NCBI GenBank assembly: GCA_964630685.1
Contig: CAZVVW010000006.1
Span: 16 to 64,015 of the forward strand
Direction of reading: 5' to 3'
From: an uncultured Methanosarcinales archaeon
GTDB lineage: Archaea > Nanobdellota > Nanobdellia > Woesearchaeales > BS150m-G63
DNA: 64,000 bases
The notes under the pieces: generated by a model
Databases searched by the model: none
What the model was told of the DNA's origin: nothing
What the model saw: only the letters and a program-made list of their open reading frames with translations
In this document: one piece after another, positions 28,020 through 37,605 of the stretch
Numbering within the stretch: the stretch's first letter is position 1
Layout of the letters: each line of letters opens with the position of its first letter
Made by a program: the position numbers and the translations under genes

Positions 28020-29447
28020 TTAATCTCTTTTTGCAGTTCTCACATATCTCATGTGGTATAAGATATTGTTATCCACCATATTTTTTACGAAACGTTTTGA
28101 GAACTTAATATCTAATTTTCCATCCTGATAAGGAGATTTTACTACAAAAGATTCTTTGTTTTTGTAATAAGGTTTTTCTTTGGTTGGGCTTAAACCAAAT
28201 TGTTCAAATAAAGAATTCATGTATTTGGGGTAATTTTTGTAGAGTTCTACCTTTTTATTTAATGTTGGCATGGCTTGTTCTTTGAATTGTTGAATCTCTT
28301 TATAATAAGGATAGATTATGACTGGCCCTCTTGGGTGGTCTTTTAATTCGAGAATCATCGAATTTAAATAGCTCCAATCCTCTAATGAATCTATATCCTC
28401 TAATGTTGAGGGATCGTGATTAGTTAGTTTTACTTTTAAATTCATTCCAATTCCTATTTTCGCTAATGATTCAAGATTTTTTAAAGTCATAACTGGTGGC
28501 TTATCGGTTAATTTGTATATTCTTTTATTTATTGTAGAATTTATTTTTTTGAGACTTGCGTAAATTTTAGTGTTTTCTGCTTTGCTAATGATCTTTTCAG
28601 TTAATTTAGGGATTATTCTTGGAGTTATAAAAAGAGAGCTTTTACCAAGTGCTCTAAGAGTATGTTTCCATTTACCATCTTTGATGAATCTTTCTTTTAT
28701 GAGATAAGATCTCCCTTTTTCTTTACTATTGGAATCTTCTTTAAATTCACTATAAGTTTTTCTTCCCCCAAAAAATACATCTAGTAGATTAAGATCTAGT
28801 TTATTTAAATTGAAAAGATATACATTTGGTTCTTTTACATAATATTTGATCCCTAATTTTTTCACACGAAGATGATAATTTCTTGGAAAATATCTGCCCA
28901 CTCTTTCTCTTGTGTTTAAGTTTAAAATTCCATCATAATGTGGGATATCTTTATCTTGGATTATAGGGTTTAAATTAAAACAAAAAGGTATATCTCCTGG
29001 TAGAAGTAATGTCAATTCGTTTTTTTCTAAATTTAATTTTTCTTTTCCTTTTTTGATGGTGTTTGATAAACTAAGCTCTTCCCCTTCGTGCGCAAATTTG
29101 AATCTTTCATAATCTTTGTTAGTGTTATATGTTTTTATAAATTCGTTGAGTATTTTTTCAGTGTCTCTGTTTCCAATAACAACAACTTCTTCAATATCTG
29201 ATTTGGCTAGATTCATTAAACCATAAGCCATTATGGGAATCCCATCTAATAAGAAATTAAATTTTATTCTATCTACTTTTTTTGATTTATCTCTAAGAAT
29301 TAAATGATTTAAGAATTTGTGGTCTTTTTTTCTTTCATTTTCTGCTTGAATTAGCGTATGATTATCTGCTTTTGCGCCATAATCATTATAACTACACATT
29401 AGTATGGCTGTTCTTGCTTTTTCTTTGTTGATTATTTCTTCTAACAT
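28020..29447 (-). CDS. Hypothetical protein with MobA-like (GT-A) nucleotidyltransferase-like N-terminal region
   Basis: 'TAILMCSYND', 'LLDGIPIMAY' and 'LLLPGDIP' resemble NTP_transf_3/MobA-like folds. 475 aa. Function is unknown. Confidence 0.45.
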   Translation of the reverse strand: MLEEIINKEKARTAILMCSYNDYGAKADNHTLIQAENERKKDHKFLNHLILRDKSKKVDRIKFNFLLDGIPIMAYGLMNLAKSDIEEVVVIGNRDTEKILNEFIKTYNTNKDYERFKFAHEGEELSLSNTIKKGKEKLNLEKNELTLLLPGDIPFCFNLNPIIQDKDIPHYDGILNLNTRERVGRYFPRNYHLRVKKLGIKYYVKEPNVYLFNLNKLDLNLLDVFFGGRKTYSEFKEDSNSKEKGRSYLIKERFIKDGKWKHTLRALGKSSLFITPRIIPKLTEKIISKAENTKIYASLKKINSTINKRIYKLTDKPPVMTLKNLESLAKIGIGMNLKVKLTNHDPSTLEDIDSLEDWSYLNSMILELKDHPRGPVIIYPYYKEIQQFKEQAMPTLNKKVELYKNYPKYMNSLFEQFGLSPTKEKPYYKNKESFVVKSPYQDGKLDIKFSKRFVKNMVDNNILYHMRYVRTAKRD

Positions 29448-29546
29448 CTGGCTTAATCTTTTGTTTTTCCTCTTAGAATTCAGAGGGGCTTAACTCGTGT
29501 TTCACCTCTTTAATTGATTATTTAGGGTTGAGTATTTAAACTTTAC

Positions 29547-31229
29547 TCATAAATTTAATTTTTTGACCATATAAGGTCCTTGTTTTTTATAGCCTAATTT
29601 TTTATAATAATTTCTTACACCAACTCCACTAATAATTACTATTTTGTTCTTGTTGTTTTGTTTTGCGATTTGTTCTGCTTTTTTTAGTAATGTTTTTCCA
29701 AATCCCTTATGTTGAACTTTTCCTGATTTTCCAATCCCTATTGCTGAACCATAAATATGAAGTTCCCTAATTAAAGCAGAATCTTTTGTGATTTCTTTTC
29801 TTAATTGGTGTGCTGGAAGTCTTAATCTGCAAAATCCTAGTAATTTGTTCTTTTTTGTGTCTTCTGAAGAGATAAAGAACTCTGTGCCTTCAGAAGCTTT
29901 GTAGATTCTGATTATTGTGGAAGGATTGAAATCACTTTCTTTTTTTGGTTCTCTGCAACGGATACAATTACATTTTATGTGTTCTTTTTCCATTAATTGG
30001 TGGATATATTGCCTTAGATTTGTTTGTGAAACTCCTGCAGAAGTTGTGTAAGTGGGAATATCTCTCTGTACACGCATTATTCTTACATAATGAGGAATAT
30101 TTTTTTTGAATTCAAGAAGCATTTCTGCTGCTTGTTTAGTAGTTATTGGTTCGAACTTCTTTTGTTTCCAGAGTTTGTAGAGTTCTGTTCCTGGAAGCAC
30201 CATACAAGGGTATATTTTTAACATGTCTGGCTGATAGTTTTGATTAATGAATAATGAATTGAGCATATCGATGTCTGTTTTTTTATTAGAAAAAGGAAGT
30301 CCAGGCATCATGTGGTAATTAATTTTAAATCCGAGATCTTTTAAAATTGCTGTTGTTTTTATTGAATCTTCTATAGTGTGCCCTCTTTTAATGAAATCTA
30401 AAGTTCTGTTGGAGGTTGTTTGAACCCCCAATTCTATTCTTGTGCAACCGAATCTCAATAGTTCGTTTGCGTGTTCTAAAGTGGCATAATCTGGTCTTGT
30501 TTCTATTGTTAAACCAACACATTTTGTGTTTGAATTTTCATTCAGTTTTTGTTCTTTTTCTAGATTTGAGGGGTTTTTGGTTTTTAGTGCTAAGAGTTTT
30601 TTATGAATTCTTTTCTTTCTTTCTTTGTCGTTGATGTCATGCGGAAGTTCAAAGAATTTTTTGAATTTTATTATATCTAATTTGTTGTTTTTGAAAAATA
30701 ATTTGGAAAAATCATTTATGGCTTTAAAGGAATAAATAATGAAATTTTCTTTGTATTTTTTTGGAAAACTGGGGAAAGTGCCACCCATAACTATTAGTTC
30801 TATTTTTTCAAAATTATGGCCTAATACAGCATATTGTTCAAGTCTATTCATAACTTGTAGGTAAGGGTCAAAGAGATTTCTTATTCCACGCATTGTTGCT
30901 GGTTCTTTTCCAGTATAACTTTGAGGGATATCTCCAAAAAAAGAATTTGGCCCTCCAGGACACATTATACATTTACCATGAGGACATTTGAATGGTTTTG
31001 TCATTATTGCTACAACTGCAACTCCACTGATTGTTCTTACTGGTTTTGTCTGTAGCTGTTTTATTTTTGGAAGATCTTTGGGTTCTGTGTTTAGTAGGAT
31101 TTCTATATCTGTTGGAATTTTTTTTAATTTATATTTAGAGCATAATTTAATTTTAAGTTTAGATATTTGCTCTTTGTTGAGCTTTTTTTCTTTTATTATG
31201 TTGATAATTTCTTGGTAAAATTCTTTCAT
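29547..31229 (-). CDS. elp3: Elp3-family tRNA uridine(34) modification enzyme (radical SAM plus GNAT acetyltransferase)
   Basis: 'CPHGKCIMCPGGP', the radical-SAM core and a C-terminal GNAT ('IRELHIYG...GFGKTLL'). 560 aa. Confidence 0.9.
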   Translation of the reverse strand: MKEFYQEIINIIKEKKLNKEQISKLKIKLCSKYKLKKIPTDIEILLNTEPKDLPKIKQLQTKPVRTISGVAVVAIMTKPFKCPHGKCIMCPGGPNSFFGDIPQSYTGKEPATMRGIRNLFDPYLQVMNRLEQYAVLGHNFEKIELIVMGGTFPSFPKKYKENFIIYSFKAINDFSKLFFKNNKLDIIKFKKFFELPHDINDKERKKRIHKKLLALKTKNPSNLEKEQKLNENSNTKCVGLTIETRPDYATLEHANELLRFGCTRIELGVQTTSNRTLDFIKRGHTIEDSIKTTAILKDLGFKINYHMMPGLPFSNKKTDIDMLNSLFINQNYQPDMLKIYPCMVLPGTELYKLWKQKKFEPITTKQAAEMLLEFKKNIPHYVRIMRVQRDIPTYTTSAGVSQTNLRQYIHQLMEKEHIKCNCIRCREPKKESDFNPSTIIRIYKASEGTEFFISSEDTKKNKLLGFCRLRLPAHQLRKEITKDSALIRELHIYGSAIGIGKSGKVQHKGFGKTLLKKAEQIAKQNNKNKIVIISGVGVRNYYKKLGYKKQGPYMVKKLNL

Positions 31230-31253
31230 TGTGCTTAAAATCCAAGTAAGTAA

Positions 31254-31378
31254 TAAGTAGGCCAGTTTTTATGGAAGAAAATTTGATGATATACATAATA
31301 ATTTTCTTTTCATAGCCTCCCTTACGAAGCGTAAATCCATAAAAACAATAAGTAGGCCATCTTACTTATTACTTACAA
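31254..31378. repeat. Imperfect ~20-bp inverted repeat plus 13-bp direct repeat (AATAAGTAGGCCA) in the elp3 / nitroreductase intergenic region
   Basis: AAGTAAGTAATAAGTAGGCC at about 31254-31273 and GGCCATCTTACTTATTACTTAC at about 31357-31378. AATAAGTAGGCCA occurs twice. Confidence 0.4.
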
Positions 31379-31423
31379 ATCAATAAAGGGTTTATAAATA
31401 TTTAGAATAAATTCAGAACAAAC

Positions 31424-32116
31424 TTATTTTTTACTAATTTTTTCTTTTATTTTTTTTAGAAATCTTTTTCCGTGTTTTCCTAAGTGTGTTCCTGCTTTAT
31501 CAATTAGTTCTTTACTTTTCTGTAATCTTTGTTGCATTGCTGCGCCATAATAACCCATCACAGATTCAACATCTTCAATTTTGTTGTGGTATTTCTCTAT
31601 AAAAGCAAGGTGAGTTAAGTCTGTTTTTTTTGGTTCTGGAACTATTTCATTAGGGATTCCTATAGTAATTATTGCTTGAGGTCTTGCGTTTTTTGGAATT
31701 GAAACTGCTTTTCTTACCATATTCTCCTCAAAAGCACCAACCCAACATGCTCCTAGCTCTAAATCATGTGCTGTTAATAACATGTTTTGCATTGCAGCTG
31801 CACAATTTTGAACAGTATAGAGTCTTTCACCTCTAAGGCCATAGAATTGTTTTGCAACTTCACTTACGCCACAAATCACTATATGTACTGGTGCAGTTGC
31901 CATCCAATCTTGTTGTAGACATGCGTCTGCTAATTGTTTTCTTGTTTCTTTATCTTTTACAATAATAAATCTCCAGTTTTGTAGGTTTCCAGAAGAAGGG
32001 GCCATTGCTCCAGCTTCGATGATTATTCCTATTTTTTCTTTAGGTACTTCTAGGTCAAGATATCTTCTAATAGAACGTCTCCCTTTTATGCACTCTAGTA
32101 AGTCCACTTTGTTCAC
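31424..32116 (-). CDS. Nitroreductase-family flavoprotein
   Basis: 'RRSIRRY', 'APSSGNLQNWRFIIV' and 'AAAMQNMLL' are nitroreductase signatures. 230 aa. Confidence 0.8.
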   Translation of the reverse strand: MNKVDLLECIKGRRSIRRYLDLEVPKEKIGIIIEAGAMAPSSGNLQNWRFIIVKDKETRKQLADACLQQDWMATAPVHIVICGVSEVAKQFYGLRGERLYTVQNCAAAMQNMLLTAHDLELGACWVGAFEENMVRKAVSIPKNARPQAIITIGIPNEIVPEPKKTDLTHLAFIEKYHNKIEDVESVMGYYGAAMQQRLQKSKELIDKAGTHLGKHGKRFLKKIKEKISKK

Positions 32117-32252
32117 ACTCTTTTGAAATTCTTTAAGCTTAAAACTTTTTTCAAAACATGGAGTGTTTTGTTCAAAAGTTAAAAAGACGCTTAAAGTCGC
32201 CTTTAAGGTTTTTCCTTCAAAAGTTTTAAATATCTACTAATATTTATATTTA

Positions 32253-34184
32253 TTGATAATTATGTTATATAAAGAGCTTGTTGAAGTATATGAAAAAATT
32301 AGTGGAACAACTAAAAGGTTAGAAAAAACTTATTTTGTTTCTGAATTAATTAAGAAAACTTCTATTGATGAATTGGCTATGGCTTTGTTGTTATTAAGGG
32401 GGGAATTATATCCTAATTGGAATAAAAATGAATTAGGGGTTGCTTCTAGACTCGTGCTTAAAGCGATTAACGTAGCTACTGGGATAAGTGTAAAGAAAAT
32501 AGAAGATGAATGGAGAAAAACAGGTGATTTGGGTGAATGTGCTAAGAATCTTATCTCTGAAAAAAAACAAGTAACCTTGTTTTCGCAATCTCTTGATGTC
32601 GAAAAAGTGTTTAATGACTTAAGAAAATTAACAACTATAAATGGAAATGGTGCGGTAGATCATAAAGTTAAAATTATTTCTGGTTTATTGAGTAGCGCAA
32701 GCCCAGATGAAGCAAGATATATTGTGAGAACAGTGCTAGAGGATTTGCGTGTTGGTGTTGGCGAAGGTACAATAAGAGATGCAGTAGTCTGGAGTTGTTT
32801 TCCTCCAATCGCAGGCATTTTTTTTAAGTGTCAAAAATGCGATAAATTTGTTCCTAATGCAGATAAATGTGTTGAGTGTGGAGAATCTATCGATAATAAA
32901 TTTTCAAATGAGATTAATAGATTAGATAAAGGAAATAAAGTCTTAAAAGTTGAAAAATTAAAAGATTTGGTTGATATCCAAAAATATGATTTTATTGTTT
33001 GTGAAACGGATGTGTTGGCAAGAGGGTGTTATAATTACCTTATTGAAATTGTGCAGTCAGCGTATGATATGAAAAATGATTTTTCTGAAGTAGCAGTTAT
33101 AACAAGAAAAAAAGGGATCAAAGGTTTACTTGCTGTTGAAATGGAAGCAGGAAAACCAATAAAAGTGATGCTTTATCAGAAATCTAAAGGAATTACAGAT
33201 GCTTTTGAAACTGTTGGATTGCCTGCTGCGATTGAATATAAATACGATGGATTTAGGATACAAATCCATAAATCTAAATCAGGAATTAAGATATTCACAA
33301 GAAGATTAGATGATGTTACAACCCAATTTCCAGATATTGTTAAAGTTGTTAAGAAAAATATTTCTGGAAATTCTTTTATAATTGATGCAGAAGTCGTTGG
33401 GTATGATAAGAAAACTAAAAAATATCTTCCATTTCAAGGAATTTCTCAGAGGATAAAGAGAAAATATGATATTGATAAGATGTGCGATGAACTTCCTGTT
33501 GAGTTGAATACTTTTGATATTGTGTTTTATGATGGGAAAAACTTGTTGAAAGAACCATTCAGTAAGCGAAGAGAAGTGCTTGTTAAAGCTGTGAAAGAAG
33601 AGAAATATAAAGTTGTGCCTGCAAAACAATTGATTACTAAAAGTGTAAAAGAGGCTGAGAAGTTTTATGAAGAGTCGCTTTCTGCAGGAGAAGAAGGAAT
33701 TATGGTTAAAAAACTAGATGCACCATATAAACCAGGGTCTAGGGTAGGTTATGGGGTTAAAGTTAAACCTGTGATGGAAACACTCGATTTAGTGATTATT
33801 GGAGCTGAATGGGGAAAAGGCAAAAGAAAAGGGTGGTTGAGCAGTTTTGAGATTGCCTGCGTAGATGAAGAAGGAAAATTATATGGGGTTGGTAAAGTGG
33901 GTACTGGAATTAAAGAATTAGAAACAGATGGAATGGTTGGAGCTACATTTAATCAATTGACTAAACTTCTTAAACCTTTGATAACTGCTGAAAAAGGCAC
34001 TAAAGTTGTATTGAAACCAACTCTTGTTGTGGAAGTTAATTATGAAGAAATACAAAAAAGTCCTACTTATGGCAGTGGATATGCGTTGAGATTTCCAAGA
34101 ATGATTCAAATAAGAGAAGATAAACCTATAATTGAAGCTAGTACGTTGGGTTTGATAGAAGAATTATATTCTAGTCAGAGATAA
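32253..34184 (+). CDS. lig: ATP-dependent DNA ligase (archaeal LigA/Lig1 type) with a zinc-ribbon insertion
   Basis: Motif I 'EYKYDGFRIQIH', motif III 'FIIDAEVV', motif IV 'EGIMVK' and an OB domain. There is an extra segment of about 80 aa with 'CQKCDKFVPNADKCVECGE' between the DNA-binding domain and motif I. An alternative start 'MLYKEL' lies at 32262. Confidence 0.9.
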   Translation: MIIMLYKELVEVYEKISGTTKRLEKTYFVSELIKKTSIDELAMALLLLRGELYPNWNKNELGVASRLVLKAINVATGISVKKIEDEWRKTGDLGECAKNLISEKKQVTLFSQSLDVEKVFNDLRKLTTINGNGAVDHKVKIISGLLSSASPDEARYIVRTVLEDLRVGVGEGTIRDAVVWSCFPPIAGIFFKCQKCDKFVPNADKCVECGESIDNKFSNEINRLDKGNKVLKVEKLKDLVDIQKYDFIVCETDVLARGCYNYLIEIVQSAYDMKNDFSEVAVITRKKGIKGLLAVEMEAGKPIKVMLYQKSKGITDAFETVGLPAAIEYKYDGFRIQIHKSKSGIKIFTRRLDDVTTQFPDIVKVVKKNISGNSFIIDAEVVGYDKKTKKYLPFQGISQRIKRKYDIDKMCDELPVELNTFDIVFYDGKNLLKEPFSKRREVLVKAVKEEKYKVVPAKQLITKSVKEAEKFYEESLSAGEEGIMVKKLDAPYKPGSRVGYGVKVKPVMETLDLVIIGAEWGKGKRKGWLSSFEIACVDEEGKLYGVGKVGTGIKELETDGMVGATFNQLTKLLKPLITAEKGTKVVLKPTLVVEVNYEEIQKSPTYGSGYALRFPRMIQIREDKPIIEASTLGLIEELYSSQR

Positions 34185-34192
34185 TTATTTGT

Positions 34193-35005
34193 TTATTCCC
34201 CTTTGAATACATCAAGGTTTAAAGAATATAAATAATCTATAATATTTTTTTGATCTTTCTTTAGTCTATTGTAATCTTGCATACCTTCTAAGAAATATTG
34301 TTTATTCAATTCTTTGTGAGTTGAAAGGGCTATAATATCAAATATATCTGCATATAATCTTATTTTTGCAATAGCTTTTTGGGATTCTTTAGGATCTAAG
34401 TTAAATTGATTAATAATGTGGTCTTTTTTTAAATCATTTATTGAATTTTGTAAACTATCTAGTTTTGTGTTTTTTGGATTTTTCAGATTATAATTTTCCA
34501 TAAAACGTTTAGATCTTAAGAATTTGTGTAATAATAAGTCTTCTGTTGGAGTTACTCTTAAGGTATTTCCTTCGAAATTTACTGTTTGGGCGTTTGAGTT
34601 TTCTCTTTCTGTAACTTTTTGAAGCCAAGGATAAGAGCGTTGACTCTTTCTAGGGTATTGAAGAATTATAATGTCATTTTTATCTTCTAATTGAATGTCA
34701 TAAGTTGCCCTTTTCTTTTTAGTGCTTTGTTTGTATCCTTTACTTAATAATTCTTCTAAACCCATCATGATTGATTCTTGGAATTCTCCTAAAGATAATT
34801 TTTGAATACCATTTGTATCTATATCTGAACTTGTTCTGTGAAGATTTTTAGGTAGAAAAAAATGTGTGCTCATACCTCCACAAAAATATTGGTCCTTTTT
34901 TTGACATTTAGAAATGGCAGAGTAAACATCCTTAACTATCTGATCTTCTAATGTATGTAAATATTTTTTATTCATTTGAATTTCTTTAGATCTTATATTG
35001 TTCAT
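34193..35005 (-). CDS. AbiEii/DUF1814-like nucleotidyltransferase (putative type IV toxin family)
   Basis: 'YFCGGMSTHFFLPKNLHRTSSDIDT' fits the hGG[ST]..........R.S.DID motif of AbiEii nucleotidyltransferases. 270 aa. Confidence 0.45.
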   Translation of the reverse strand: MNNIRSKEIQMNKKYLHTLEDQIVKDVYSAISKCQKKDQYFCGGMSTHFFLPKNLHRTSSDIDTNGIQKLSLGEFQESIMMGLEELLSKGYKQSTKKKRATYDIQLEDKNDIIILQYPRKSQRSYPWLQKVTERENSNAQTVNFEGNTLRVTPTEDLLLHKFLRSKRFMENYNLKNPKNTKLDSLQNSINDLKKDHIINQFNLDPKESQKAIAKIRLYADIFDIIALSTHKELNKQYFLEGMQDYNRLKKDQKNIIDYLYSLNLDVFKGE

Positions 35006-35200
35006 AGTTGGTTTTCTCCTATATAAATGTTTCTATTTTGTTACTACCTTTAAGTGTCAAATATTATCTAAAGATATTTGAAGATTATTTGAATAATTAA
35101 AGAAGTGTTATGAATTGCTTTTAGTTTTTAATTGTTTTCTTTTGTTCTTGTTGGTTTGTGTTTCCTTTAATGTTTTCAAAAATGGAACATTGTTTCAAAA

Positions 35201-35773
35201 ATGGAAAACTATATATATGAGGGATGTTTTTCTTTTTGTATGCATGACGAAAACTTGTTGGGGAATTTATTTGACACCAAGTCTTTGAAGATATTAAGGT
35301 TATTTCTCGACGACAAAGATAAAGAGTTTTATTTGAGGGAAATTTCTAAAAAAGTAAATGTTCCTGTAGCTACAACTTTTAGAATAGTAAAAAGATTAGT
35401 GGAACTCAGGGTTGTTGAGTTATTAATGATCAAGAAGTTTAAGCTGTATAAATTGGCCGATAATGATAATACTATATTTTTAGAGGGGGTGCTGAAAGAA
35501 AAGAAAAGGGCGCTTGAAGAGTTTGTTAATTCAGCTAAGAATATTGATTCTATCGACGAGATAATCTTGCACGGGAAGGAAACTGAAAAGCGTGCAAGTG
35601 TGTTGCTTATTGGTGAAAATATTGATGCTGGAGAAGTAAAAAGGTTGTGTGCAGAGATAAAAGAAAAATATAATTTTGTTGTTTCTATACTTTCTTTGGG
35701 CAGAGATCAGTTTGAACAGATGAAGGGAATGGAGTTATTTCCTAAAGTAAAAAAGAGCCTTTATCGTCGATAA
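35201..35773 (+). CDS. Winged-HTH domain protein (putative transcriptional regulator)
   Basis: 'LKILRLFLDDKDKEFYLREISKKVNVPVATTFRIVKRLVE' is a wHTH. The C-terminal domain is unknown. It is divergent from the AbiEii-like gene. Confidence 0.45.
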   Translation: MENYIYEGCFSFCMHDENLLGNLFDTKSLKILRLFLDDKDKEFYLREISKKVNVPVATTFRIVKRLVELRVVELLMIKKFKLYKLADNDNTIFLEGVLKEKKRALEEFVNSAKNIDSIDEIILHGKETEKRASVLLIGENIDAGEVKRLCAEIKEKYNFVVSILSLGRDQFEQMKGMELFPKVKKSLYRR

Positions 35774-36151
35774 AAATAGATTTTTTAAGTTTATTTTAGA
35801 TTAATATACACTTAAATATATATTCTACAGAATAAAAACATTTATATATTAGTTTCGCCACTAATAAGAAATAAATAAAACCGAGTTTTTTGGTAGAAAA
35901 CTCACATCTTTTAACGTTCTGGTGGAAATGAAGAGTTAATCAGTCTTATTTCCGTGAAACAAGCTTTGTCTGGGTTTGAATTACTTGTTGGTAGCAAGTA
36001 ACGCACTTGTTCTTAATAGTTGGAGTATCATTACTCTAATATAAATATTATGTAAGGGGGATATTCATATTCCTAAATATATGATAGAGGATATAGATAA
36101 AACAAAAAAAAATAACAAAAAAAATAACAAAAGGGGGTTTAAACACACAAA

Positions 36152-37231
36152 ATGGAGGAAATAATACAAAACGCAGTTGACAACACAGACAGTAAACAAT
36201 TTGAAGGGATTAAAGTGCATCAAGCAAATATTAAAGTTATAGGAGTGGGTGGAGCAGGTAATAATATGGTTTCTTGGCTATATAAAAAAGGAATCAAGGG
36301 AGCAGAAATTATTGCATGTAATACTGATCAACAACACTTAGATGTTTCTGAGGCAGATAGAAAATACTTAATTGGTAGGGAGAGCACCAGAGGTCTTGGA
36401 GCAGGAGGATATCCAGCTAAAGGTACTGATGCAGCTCAAGAAAGTATGCAAGAAATTAAAGATTCTTTGAAAGGATCTGATATGGTATTTGTTTGCGCAG
36501 GAATGGGTGGCGGAACTGGAACAGGTGCTGCACCAGTTGTAGCAGGTGTTGCTAGAGATACTAATTCAATAGTTATTGGAACAGTTACAATGCCTTTCAA
36601 AGTTGAAAGGGCTAGAGTAGATAAAGCTGAATTTGGTTTACAACAGTTAAGGCAAGTTGCAGATACAGTCATTGTTATTGATAACAATAGACTTGTTGAA
36701 ATAGCAGGTAATTTACCAATACAACAAGCATTTGCAGTAGCAAACGAATTAATTTCAACTATGATTAAAGGAATTGTTGAAACTATTGCTGTACCAAGTT
36801 TAGTTAATTTGGATTATGCAGATGTAAGGGCAATTATGAAAGATGGTGGTGTTGCAGCCATTGGTGTGGGTGCATCAGACACAACCAACAAAGTTGAAGA
36901 AGCTGTAAAAGGCGCATTAACAAACCCCCTATTAGATATAAGTTACAAGGGAGCTAGTGGCGCATTAATCCATGTATGCGGTGGACCAGATTTAACTCTG
37001 GATGAAATCAGCGAAATTGGAGAATTAGTGACAGAAAGCCTAGATGAAGACGCAAATGTCATTTGGGGAGCAAGAATCGATGAAGATATGAAGGGAAAAG
37101 TTACTGTGATGACTATCATTACAGGAGTAAAATCCCCATGGATTCTTGGTAAAATGGATGCTAAAGCTCAAGCTGCTGAAACAGCTACCTTGATGAATGA
37201 AGAGTTAGGTATAAAAATCATGGATAGATGA
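36152..37231 (+). CDS. ftsZ: Cell division GTPase FtsZ
   Basis: Tubulin signature 'GMGGGTGTGAAPVVA', 'IGVGGAGNN', T7 loop 'NLDYADV'. 359 aa. Confidence 0.95.
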   Translation: MEEIIQNAVDNTDSKQFEGIKVHQANIKVIGVGGAGNNMVSWLYKKGIKGAEIIACNTDQQHLDVSEADRKYLIGRESTRGLGAGGYPAKGTDAAQESMQEIKDSLKGSDMVFVCAGMGGGTGTGAAPVVAGVARDTNSIVIGTVTMPFKVERARVDKAEFGLQQLRQVADTVIVIDNNRLVEIAGNLPIQQAFAVANELISTMIKGIVETIAVPSLVNLDYADVRAIMKDGGVAAIGVGASDTTNKVEEAVKGALTNPLLDISYKGASGALIHVCGGPDLTLDEISEIGELVTESLDEDANVIWGARIDEDMKGKVTVMTIITGVKSPWILGKMDAKAQAAETATLMNEELGIKIMDR

Positions 37232-37311
37232 TCACCAATGATTAGGTGAGGCCTTTCTTGCCTTCATTTTTTTACCACCCCCAACGTTAAATTAGTGAAG
37301 GCATTTATTAT

Positions 37312-37340
37312 CCCCTTCGGGGGATTTATTTTTTTATTTT
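37312..37340 (+). terminator. Hairpin CCCC-TTCG-GGGG followed by a T-run, downstream of ftsZ
   Basis: 'ccccttcgggggatttatttttttatttttat'. GC stem plus oligo-T, consistent with an archaeal oligo-T termination signal. Confidence 0.5.
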
Positions 37341-37605
37341 TATGGTTTTTATAGGGAACAAGCAGGAAAACAAGTTTTCTGCTAGCGAACGAATTTGAAA
37401 ACAAATTCATTCGAAAGAGGTGACTTATAGGGGAACTATCAGAAAGTAAATTTTCTGAAGGCAAGTAAATCTTAACAGATTAGTTTGCAAAGAGGTGAAC
37501 TTTTTTTCTTTTTTTTCTTTTTATTTTATTTTAATTTTATTTTAATTTTATTTTTTCTTTAATTTCTAGTTAATTTTATAAAGAAAACATTGTTTTCTTG
37601 GTTTT

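Noticed and set aside
37264-37464. 66-aa minus-strand ORF downstream of ftsZ
   Set aside because: It spans the terminator hairpin and palindromes. No conserved features. Likely non-coding.
37490-37570. Low-complexity (ATTTT/TTTTA)n tract upstream of dph5
   Set aside because: Ordinary AT-rich promoter-region simple sequence in a low-GC genome. No repeat/spacer organisation.
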